Of a DNA stretch of 64,000 nucleotides, positions 20,124-28,050 are shown one piece after another. The stretch's first letter is position 1; each line of letters opens with the position of its first letter. The notes below the pieces were generated by a model. The model searched no databases. It was not told where the DNA came from and was given only the letters and a program-made list of their open reading frames with translations. A program made the translations under genes and the position numbers. Source of the stretch: an uncultured Chloroflexia bacterium (GTDB taxonomy: Bacteria > Chloroflexota > Limnocylindria > Limnocylindrales > CSP1-4); NCBI GenBank assembly GCA_963828165.1, contig CAWHDR010000001.1, positions 2,208,001 through 2,272,000 on the forward strand, given 5' to 3'.

Positions 20124-20468
20124 GTGGCCAGCGCCGGACCCGCGAGACCCACCATCAGCACCCACGTCCTCGACACGGAACGTGGAGCGCCGGCGACCGG
20201 CGTCCACGTCACGCTCTACCGACTCGATGTCGCGAGCGCGCCGATCCGGATGACGCAGGCCCTGACCGATGCCGACGGACGCATCGGGGACCTGCTCGAT
20301 CGTCCGCTCCAGACGGGCGATTACCGGCTCGAGTTCGACATCGCCCACGAGGGCGGCTCGTTCTTCACGAAGCTTGCGGTCGACTTGCGTGTCACCGACG
20401 CCGAGCGCAGCTACCACGTCCCGCTGCTGCTCGCGCCGTTCTCGATGACCACGTACCGAGGCAGCTGA
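20124..20468 (+). CDS. uraH: 5-hydroxyisourate hydrolase (transthyretin-like)
   Basis: ISTHVLD, TDADGR, YHVPLLLAPF, C-terminal YRGS. Confidence 0.95.
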   Translation: MASAGPARPTISTHVLDTERGAPATGVHVTLYRLDVASAPIRMTQALTDADGRIGDLLDRPLQTGDYRLEFDIAHEGGSFFTKLAVDLRVTDAERSYHVPLLLAPFSMTTYRGS

Positions 20469-20485
20469 GCCCGCCTCAACGACGA

Positions 20486-22477
20486 TCAGCGCAGGAAGGC
20501 GAACGCGTCGATGTCGATGCGCGGGCGTCGCGAGGTCGCGAGGTTGACGACCTTGACCGAGTGGGTCGCGGCCGTGTTCCACGAGATGTTGAACGCCACG
20601 ACGCGGGACTGATAGCTCGATCGATACGTGTCGATCGTCGACTTGTAGACCCCATCGACGTAGATCTTGGCCTTGCCGTTGAGCGGCCCGCGCCGCACGA
20701 CGATGGCCATCGCCCGCGCCGAGGTCGTGAACGTGACCGTGGAATTCGCCCGCGTCGAGCGATGCAAGCGTCCGCCGCTGGCGGTCGAGAGGCTCACGTT
20801 GGACCACGTGCCCGTATACCGGGCGGCCGCGGTGCTGTCCTGCGCCAGGTAGGCGGTCACGATCGGCCCGATGGCGCCTGCGCCGTAGGTGCCGGCGATG
20901 TCTCGCGCCAACAGCTGGAACCTGGTCTGGGCCCTGAACGCCATCGTTCGCTTGTAGGTTCGAGCGGTCAGCCCAGTCTGCAGGGTCGTCCACGTGCCGT
21001 TGAGGCTGCGTTTGATCGCGTAGTCCTTGACACCGCTCATGGCGTCGGTCGCGGCGGGCCACGTCATCGTCGTGCTGACGCTGGAGCCCACGATGGTGCC
21101 GATGTTGATCCCGTGCCGGTTGATCGGCAGGGCGACCGGACCGACCGTGTCGATCGAGCGCAAGGCGTTCACGAGCCGACCGGTCGCCGTCTTGCCGACG
21201 GTCGAAGCCAGCGGCTGACCGGTCGACAGCAACCGGGCTCGGAGGGCGACGGGCGTCGGCGTGCCGCTCAGGACGCTGAGAACGAGCGCCGCGACGCCAG
21301 ACACATGCGGCGCGGCCATCGAGGTGCCACCCGACGATCCATACCCTCCCGGTACGGTCGAGATGATGTTCTTCCCCGGTGCCGCGATGTCGACCGAGGT
21401 GCTGCCGTAGTTCGAGAACGAGGCGAGCCGGCCCGCCTGGTCAACGGCCGCGACAGTCACGATGTTCGCCTGCGGCGAGGCCGCTGGGTAGACGCGCACG
21501 CCACCGCCGTCCATGTTCGAGCCTTGATTGCCGGCCGCTGCGACGAGCAGCGTGTCACTGGCGGATGAGATCGCGGCTTCGAGCGGGAAGCTCCGCAGCC
21601 TTCCGCTCCACGATGCGTTGATGATCGGCACGCCGAACGATGCGGCGTAGTCGATCGCCGCGATGATCGCAAGATCGCCGTCGGCGCAAGAGCTTGCACC
21701 GGCGAACGTGCGCAGGGACATCACGCTGACCCCGGGTGCCACGCCGACGACGCCCTGGCCATTCAGGGATGCTGCGATCGTCCCCGCGACATGCGTTCCG
21801 TGCGAGTCCGAATCACCAGGCCCGACCGAGGCGTCGTCGTCACAGAAGTCCCAGCCGTTGATGTCGTCGACGTAGCCATTGCCGTCGTCGTCCTCGCCCG
21901 GCACCCCGTTGGCTTCCTCGGTGTTGATCCACGCTCGGTCCGTGAGATCCGGATGACTGAAATCGACGCCGTCGTCGATGACGGCGACCACGACGTTCGG
22001 GTCTCCTCGCTCGATGCGCAGGGCCTCGAGCGCGTCGATGTCGACATCCGCCGTGCCCCTGACGCCATCCACCGATTGGCCGCCGTTATGAAGACCCCAC
22101 AGCACGCCGAACCCAGGCTCGTCGGTGATGTCGTCATCCAGCTCGCGCCAGCTGTTGGATGAGACGGCCGCCACGTTCGGGTCGCCTGCCAGCTGGCGCC
22201 GGGCGGTCGAAGGTGAGCGACCGTCGGCAACGAGTGCCTCGGTGCGCCCGTTCCTGTTCTCGCGCACCTTGGTCAATCCGTGGGCGCGGGCAACCTCCCG
22301 GCGTTCCGCCTTGGTCGTGCCGGGTTCATAGCGGACGATCACCTGATCAGCGGCTTCGGGGCTGGGCGGTTCTGCGGCGGCCACCCCGGCCGGGAAGAGT
22401 GCCGTGATCACGGCGAAGCTCACCAGCAATGCCGATCGGCGCGCGGTGAGCCTGAGCGATGAGGGGGGAACGGGCAT
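20486..22477 (-). CDS. Secreted S8 (subtilisin-like) serine peptidase with C-terminal beta domains
   Basis: Signal peptide, VAVIDDG, HGTHVAG, AAAGN, GTSMAAPHV. Confidence 0.93.
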   Translation of the reverse strand: MPVPPSSLRLTARRSALLVSFAVITALFPAGVAAAEPPSPEAADQVIVRYEPGTTKAERREVARAHGLTKVRENRNGRTEALVADGRSPSTARRQLAGDPNVAAVSSNSWRELDDDITDEPGFGVLWGLHNGGQSVDGVRGTADVDIDALEALRIERGDPNVVVAVIDDGVDFSHPDLTDRAWINTEEANGVPGEDDDGNGYVDDINGWDFCDDDASVGPGDSDSHGTHVAGTIAASLNGQGVVGVAPGVSVMSLRTFAGASSCADGDLAIIAAIDYAASFGVPIINASWSGRLRSFPLEAAISSASDTLLVAAAGNQGSNMDGGGVRVYPAASPQANIVTVAAVDQAGRLASFSNYGSTSVDIAAPGKNIISTVPGGYGSSGGTSMAAPHVSGVAALVLSVLSGTPTPVALRARLLSTGQPLASTVGKTATGRLVNALRSIDTVGPVALPINRHGINIGTIVGSSVSTTMTWPAATDAMSGVKDYAIKRSLNGTWTTLQTGLTARTYKRTMAFRAQTRFQLLARDIAGTYGAGAIGPIVTAYLAQDSTAAARYTGTWSNVSLSTASGGRLHRSTRANSTVTFTTSARAMAIVVRRGPLNGKAKIYVDGVYKSTIDTYRSSYQSRVVAFNISWNTAATHSVKVVNLATSRRPRIDIDAFAFLR

Positions 22478-22552
22478 CGGGGACCATCCTACGCCACGCC
22501 GTTCGAGGGTCGTGACAGGCTAGATGTCACGGGAGGTCCGTACGTTGCTCCC

Positions 22553-23803
22553 ATGGAAGCCGTCGTCGTCCCGCTCCACTCCGCGGTCCGCCTGGAGGGC
22601 GATCGCATCATCGTCGAGCGCCTGTCCCTGTCGGACCCGACCCTCGCCGCGTTCCTGGGGGAGCGCCCGGCGGGGGATCGGGGTCCGCTCGTGGAGCGTG
22701 CGCTGCGTATCGGGCTGATCGCGCTGCAGGACGCCGGGGTCACGGTCAACGTCGATGCGGTCCGCTCGGAGTTCGATCGGATGGTCCGCCAGGCCGAGCA
22801 GGTCAACGAACGTGCTGCCGCGGCGCTCGAGCAGACGTTGCGTGCCAATTTCGCGGACGGCGACGGACGACTGCCGCGCACGCTGGAGAAGTTCCTCGGG
22901 GATCGCGGCGCGCTGCGGTCCATGGTGGACGAGCTGTTCGACGAGACCAAGCGGGACAGCGCGATCGGCCGGATCGGGGGGATGCTGGAGCGCTATTTCG
23001 ATGGCGACGCGTCCAAGCTCGCCCACCTCCTCGATCCGACGCGGCTGAACTCGCCCATGCACCAGTTCCGCCAGGAGATCGCGGCCGGGTTCAAGGGGCT
23101 GGAAGAGCGCCTGATCGCGATCGAGGCTGCGGCCGCCGCCCGGGGAGCCGAGCGGGCCAAGTCCGCGGCCAAGGGCGCGGACTTCGAGGAGCTGCTCGGG
23201 ACGATGCTGGGTGAGATCGCTCGGGGCGCCGGGGACCTGCTCGATCGGACGGGGTTCGAGACGGGCTCCACGATCAAGTCGAAGCGGGGCGATTTCGTGC
23301 TGACCGTGGACGCGCGGGTCGCGCGCGGGTGCGACCTCAAGGTCGTCATCGAGGCCAAGGACCGCCCCATGTCCATGCGAGCCATGCGCGACGAGCTGCG
23401 CGAGGCTCGCGAGAACCGGGGAGCCGCAGTCGGCGTGGCGGTCTTCTCGGCCGCCCACGCCCCGACCGGGATCGCGCCCTTCACCGTCGTGGGTGGGGAC
23501 GTGTACTGCGTGATCGATCCCGAGGCCCCGGAGACAGCAACGCTCGAGGCGGCCATCCGGCTCGCACGGCTCCTCGGCCTGGCGTCCCTCGTGGAGCGCG
23601 AGGTGGACGTGGATGCCGCGGCCATCGGGACCGCGCTGACGGCGATCCGCGAACAGCTCGAGGTGGTGCGTCAGCTCAAGTCGCAGTTGACCTCCATCTC
23701 GAATGCGACCAAGGCGGTCTGGAGCGGCCTGGACACCATGTGCTCGAACATCCTGGCGCGAGTCAAGGAAGCCGAGTCGGAGATCCGCGCCTCCGCCGAG
23801 TAG
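22553..23803 (+). CDS. Coiled-coil protein with PD-(D/E)XK-like domain (RmuC/DUF2130-like)
   Basis: Helical N-region then KGADFEE...GDFVL...VIEAKD; TACGTT-N6-ATG. Confidence 0.65.
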   Translation: MEAVVVPLHSAVRLEGDRIIVERLSLSDPTLAAFLGERPAGDRGPLVERALRIGLIALQDAGVTVNVDAVRSEFDRMVRQAEQVNERAAAALEQTLRANFADGDGRLPRTLEKFLGDRGALRSMVDELFDETKRDSAIGRIGGMLERYFDGDASKLAHLLDPTRLNSPMHQFRQEIAAGFKGLEERLIAIEAAAAARGAERAKSAAKGADFEELLGTMLGEIARGAGDLLDRTGFETGSTIKSKRGDFVLTVDARVARGCDLKVVIEAKDRPMSMRAMRDELREARENRGAAVGVAVFSAAHAPTGIAPFTVVGGDVYCVIDPEAPETATLEAAIRLARLLGLASLVEREVDVDAAAIGTALTAIREQLEVVRQLKSQLTSISNATKAVWSGLDTMCSNILARVKEAESEIRASAE

Positions 23804-23835
23804 CCGGTTCGCGCACACCCTCGCATCGGCCTCGT

Positions 23836-24110
23836 GGCCGGAACTCGCCTCGGGCCGCGAGCTGGGACACGCGTCGCTGCTCGGATCCGGCCGGAACTCG
23901 CCTCGGGCCTGGGATCCTGGGCACGCGTCGCCGCTCGGATCCGGCCGATCCTCCTGCCCTCGGGCCGCGATCTGGGACACGCGTCGCCGCTCGGATCCGG
24001 CCGGAACTCGCCTCGGGCCTGGGATCCTGGGCACGCGTCGCCGCTCGGATCCGGCCGGAACTCGCCTCGGGCCTGGGATCCTGGGCACGCGTCGCCGGAT
24101 CCGGCTGGAA
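23836..24110. repeat. Tandem repeat, 50-56 bp unit x5
   Basis: Units start at 23836, 23889, 23943, 23999, 24053 (partial at 24103); core GGCCGGAACTCGCCTCGGGCC...CACGCGTCGCCGCTCGGATCC. Confidence 0.92.
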
Positions 24111-24298
24111 CTCCGCCAAATGTGCTCCCACCGGAACGTAAGGCGGTCATCACGCTCGGGATTCGAGCTCCATTCGTTCACGATCGGCGCCGTCACGCAC
24201 GAACCCAGCCTCATGAACGTTCACGAGAGGCCCGAAAACCGGGTTTCGAGGGTCGTGAGACCGCCGTACGTTCCCCACGGAATACATTTGGCGGAGTT
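24109..24298. repeat. Long inverted-repeat (MITE/REPIN-like) element
   Basis: AACTCCGCCAAATGT/ACATTTGGCGGAGTT perfect 15-bp ends; GGAACGTAAGGCGGTC/GACCGCCGTACGTTCC inner arms. Confidence 0.8.
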
Positions 24299-24527
24299 GT
24301 GGCAACGGAGTGTGGCACTCGCCCACGCGTGCGGACTCTGCCCGGCCCCTCGACCGCGGTCGCTGGTCAATTCGGGTCTGGTGTGGTTAGGACCCGTCGC
24401 CTATCGGCCACCATGACCACCGGGTGGCTGGGCGGGGCTGGACAGGGCGACGATGATTGCCGTTGAGTCCAGCGCACGTCACTGCGATCTGCCGGCTCCT
24501 CCGTAAGCCCCCAGAGCCGGAGATCCC

Positions 24528-26885
24528 ATGCGTCGTCCCCTCGCCTCGCTGCCGCTTTCGCTGCTCCTGAGCCTGGCGATGGTCATCCCGACGATCGCCG
24601 CGGACCCCTCGCCGAGCGCCGAATCGTCCCTCGAGCCCAGCGCGCCACCGGCGACGGAGCCGAACCCGAGCTCCGAACCGACGCCGAGTGCCGAGCCGAC
24701 GCCGGCGACGGATCCGGCAACACCGCCGCCGAGCCCCGAGCCCCTCGCGACGGCCGACCCGGCGACACCCCCGCCGACCGAGCTGTCCGAACCCGCCACT
24801 GATCCCGCCCCCGCGGCGAACTCCGAAGCCAAGACCCCGACCATCCCCGCCGCCGGCGAGCCAGCCACCGACGCGAAGGGCCGCCCGATCGCGACCGGTC
24901 GCTACATCGTCCTTCTCGATCCGACGGCCGATACCGCGGCCGTGATCACCCGCCACGGGAAGCGCGACGGCATCAGGGCCGATCGCCGCTTCGAGCGTGC
25001 CGTTCGTGCCTTCTCGGCGAAGCTCGATGCCGGCCAGCGAAAGGCGCTCCAGTCGGACCCCAGCGTCGTGGCCGTCGTCCCCGACGAGGTCATCGGGATC
25101 ACCGCCCAGACCACACCGACCGGCGTCTCGCGGGTCGGCGCCCGCCTCTCGGCAACCGCGAACATCGATAACGTCGACGAGCGGGTGACCTCGGACGTCG
25201 CCATCGTCGACACGGGCGTTGCCCTGCACCCGGACCTGAACGTCGTCGGTGGCGTGAACTGCTCGACCAGCGATCGATCCGCATGGCAGGACCAGAACGG
25301 TCATGGCACGCACGTGGCGGGCACGGTCGCGGCCATCGACAACACCACCGGTGTCGTCGGCGTGGCACCCGGCGCCCGTATCTGGGCGGTCCGGATCCTG
25401 AACGCCGACGGATACGGGCTGCTTTCCTGGTACGTGTGCGGGCTCGACTGGATCCTCGCCCAGCGCGATCCGCTCGATGCCAGCCTGCCCAGGATCGAGG
25501 CGGTCAACATGAGCGTCGCCAAGACCGGCAGCGATGACCACAACTGCGGCCTCACCAACAAGGACGTCCTGCACCAGGCGATCTGCCGTCTGTACAAGGG
25601 TGGCATCACGGTGGTCGCCGCGGCTGCGAATGAGAGCGGGAGCGCTGCTGGCTACGTCCCCGCGGCCTACAACGAGGTCATCACGGTCTCGGCCCTCGCG
25701 GACACCGATGGCAAGTCCGGTGGCCTGGGCGGGAACCGCTGCTTCTCATGGGGCACGTACGACGTGGACGACACGTTCGCCGACTTCAGCAACTTCGGCT
25801 CGGATATCGACATCATCGCTCCGGGCAAATGTATCTGGTCGACCATTCGCGGACCCAGCTATGGGTACTCGTCCGGGACGTCCATGGCGGCCCCGGCCGT
25901 CACTGGCGCGGTCGCGCTGTACAAGGCCAGCCGCCCGCGAGCGACGCCGAGCGAAGTGCGGGCTTCACTCCGCTACCTCGGCAACCTCGCCTGGAAGACC
26001 TCGACCGATCCGGATAGCTTCCACGAGCCGCTGCTCGACGTGCACCGCGTGGCCGCCCTCGGGTCATTCAGCGTCGCCGCGCCGACTCCGGCGTTCGCCG
26101 CCCCACTGACCGGGGCCACGATCGCCGTCCCGGTGACGGTCAATCGCAGCTCGAGCTTCTTCGAACGCGTGAAACTGAGCTTCCGCGACGTGCCGGCCGG
26201 CTGGTCCACGACGTTGGCAGCGACGAGCCTGTTCGGGTGGACGGCCAAGAGCACCACGGCCACGATCAAGGTGCCATCGACGGCCAGGGCCGGCACCTAC
26301 AAGATCAAGATCGTCGGCACGAACTGGGGCCGCACGCGCTCATCGACGATCACGGTCCAGGTTGGTGCCATGCCGTTCACCGACGTGAACGACTTCGATG
26401 TCCAGATCGAGTGGCTGTACCAGTCAGGGATCACCGGTGGCTGCTCGCCGACCCTCTTCTGCCCCAAGGGCAAGGTCACGCGCGCCCAGATGGCGATGTT
26501 CCTGGACCGCGCCCTGGACCTGCCGGCGGCGACGGTCGACTACTTCGACGACGACGACGGCAAGACCGGCGAAGGCAGCATCAACGCCCTGGCCAGGGCC
26601 AAGATCACGGGCGGCTGCGGGCCGCGCCGCTTCTGCCCGGCGGCCTCGGTCACGCGCGCCCAGATGGCGATGTTCCTGGACCGCGCCCTGGCCCTGCCCA
26701 ACGCCACGACCGACTACTTCGACGACGACGACGGCCGGACCGGCGAAGGCAGCATCAACGCCTTGGCCCTGTCCAAGATCACCGGTGGCTGCGGCGACCG
26801 TCGCTACTGCCCGACGAGCTCGGTCACGCGCGAGCAGATGGCCGCCTTCCTGTACCGCGCCCACCTGCAGGGCCGCCTCGACTGA
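24528..26885 (+). CDS. Secreted S8 serine peptidase with Pro-rich linker, I9-like propeptide and C-terminal SLH repeats
   Basis: Signal peptide, VAIVDTG, HGTHVAG, GTSMAAP; three VTRAQMA/VTREQMA SLH motifs with a 174-bp DNA period. Confidence 0.92.
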   Translation: MRRPLASLPLSLLLSLAMVIPTIAADPSPSAESSLEPSAPPATEPNPSSEPTPSAEPTPATDPATPPPSPEPLATADPATPPPTELSEPATDPAPAANSEAKTPTIPAAGEPATDAKGRPIATGRYIVLLDPTADTAAVITRHGKRDGIRADRRFERAVRAFSAKLDAGQRKALQSDPSVVAVVPDEVIGITAQTTPTGVSRVGARLSATANIDNVDERVTSDVAIVDTGVALHPDLNVVGGVNCSTSDRSAWQDQNGHGTHVAGTVAAIDNTTGVVGVAPGARIWAVRILNADGYGLLSWYVCGLDWILAQRDPLDASLPRIEAVNMSVAKTGSDDHNCGLTNKDVLHQAICRLYKGGITVVAAAANESGSAAGYVPAAYNEVITVSALADTDGKSGGLGGNRCFSWGTYDVDDTFADFSNFGSDIDIIAPGKCIWSTIRGPSYGYSSGTSMAAPAVTGAVALYKASRPRATPSEVRASLRYLGNLAWKTSTDPDSFHEPLLDVHRVAALGSFSVAAPTPAFAAPLTGATIAVPVTVNRSSSFFERVKLSFRDVPAGWSTTLAATSLFGWTAKSTTATIKVPSTARAGTYKIKIVGTNWGRTRSSTITVQVGAMPFTDVNDFDVQIEWLYQSGITGGCSPTLFCPKGKVTRAQMAMFLDRALDLPAATVDYFDDDDGKTGEGSINALARAKITGGCGPRRFCPAASVTRAQMAMFLDRALALPNATTDYFDDDDGRTGEGSINALALSKITGGCGDRRYCPTSSVTREQMAAFLYRAHLQGRLD

Positions 26886-27058
26886 GGAGCGCGCCGCCGC
26901 ACGCGCAGGGCATGGCGACAGGTGCGGTTGATGCCGGCGTGATCCTTCCCTGACCGTCTGAAACCTGTGCGTTTGCCCGAGTGCGCTATCGTGACCGTCC
27001 CGACAACCCAGGGCCGGGTCCTCCGGTGGTGCGCGGGACACTAGGCGAGGTCGATACC

Positions 27059-28027
27059 GTGGCACGAGCGATGTGGAAGGGGGCCATCCAGTTCGGCCTG
27101 GTCACCATCCCGATCAAGCTCTATCTGGCGACCGAGTCGAAGGGCATCTCCTTCAACATGCTCCACAAGGACGACCTGTCGCGCATCCAGATGAAGATCT
27201 TCTGCCCGGTCGAAGACGAGGTCATCTCGCGCGGTGACACCGTCAAAGGCTACGAGTATTCCCCGGGCGAGTACGTGGTCGTCACGGACGAAGACCTCGA
27301 GAAGGTCCCGCTCAAGACCGTTCGCTCCATCGAGATCGAGCAGTTCACGAAGGCCGAGAAGGACGGAGCCGCCGTCAAGTTCGTCAAGAGCGCGTACTAC
27401 GTGGAGCCCGACAAGGTCGGTCGCAAGGCGTTCTACCTCCTGAAGTCCGTCCTCGAGGACGAGGGGCTCACGGCCATCTGCAAGGTCGTCATCAAGGATC
27501 GCGAGGCCCTCTCGGCGCTCGATCCGTTCGGCGAGACGATGCTGCTGACCACGCTCCATTGGCCGGACGAGATCCGTTCGATCAAGGAGCTCGACCTGCC
27601 CGAAGAGGACTTCGACTTCAAGCCAGCCGAGAAGGCGATGGCCAAGCAGCTCGTGTCGGCGATGACCGGCGAGTTCGATCCGGCCCAGTACAAGGACGAG
27701 TACCGCCAGGCACTCGAGAACGTGATCCAGGCAAAGGTCGAGGGCAAGGAGACGGTCGAGATCGAGCAGCCCGAGGAGAGCGGCAAGCTCATCGACCTGA
27801 TGGCTGCGCTCGAGGCGTCGGTGAAATCCGCCAAGGACGCCCGAGCCGCGGGCTCGAAGGAGCCGGTGTCCGTCGCGGACGTGCGCGAGGCGAAGGCGAA
27901 GACCGCCAAGGCCGCGTCCGCCAAGGCCAAGGCCGAGAAGCCTGCGGCCCGCACGAGGGCCAAGGTCAAGGCCGACGAGGACGAAGACGCCCGAGCCAAG
28001 CCGGCACGCAAGCGCAAGTCGGCCTAG
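27059..28027 (+). CDS. ku: Non-homologous end joining protein Ku
   Basis: WKGAIQFGLVTIP, VKGYEY, LHWPDEIR, IDLMAALEAS, Lys/Ala-rich basic tail. Confidence 0.95.
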   Translation: MARAMWKGAIQFGLVTIPIKLYLATESKGISFNMLHKDDLSRIQMKIFCPVEDEVISRGDTVKGYEYSPGEYVVVTDEDLEKVPLKTVRSIEIEQFTKAEKDGAAVKFVKSAYYVEPDKVGRKAFYLLKSVLEDEGLTAICKVVIKDREALSALDPFGETMLLTTLHWPDEIRSIKELDLPEEDFDFKPAEKAMAKQLVSAMTGEFDPAQYKDEYRQALENVIQAKVEGKETVEIEQPEESGKLIDLMAALEASVKSAKDARAAGSKEPVSVADVREAKAKTAKAASAKAKAEKPAARTRAKVKADEDEDARAKPARKRKSA

Positions 28028-28050
28028 GGCCGGTCGCGGCACCAGGCGGC

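Noticed and set aside
19100-21568. Long alternative ORFs (822 aa here; also 43977-47141, 29776-32247, 56221-58638)
   Set aside because: Antisense or shifted shadows of real genes, typical of high-GC DNA; no recognisable motifs.
23836-24110. Possible CRISPR array
   Set aside because: Units are contiguous near-identical repeats with no unique spacers, and no cas genes are in the window.
26474-26860. 174-bp DNA repeat
   Set aside because: Explained by tandem SLH domains within the S8 protease CDS.
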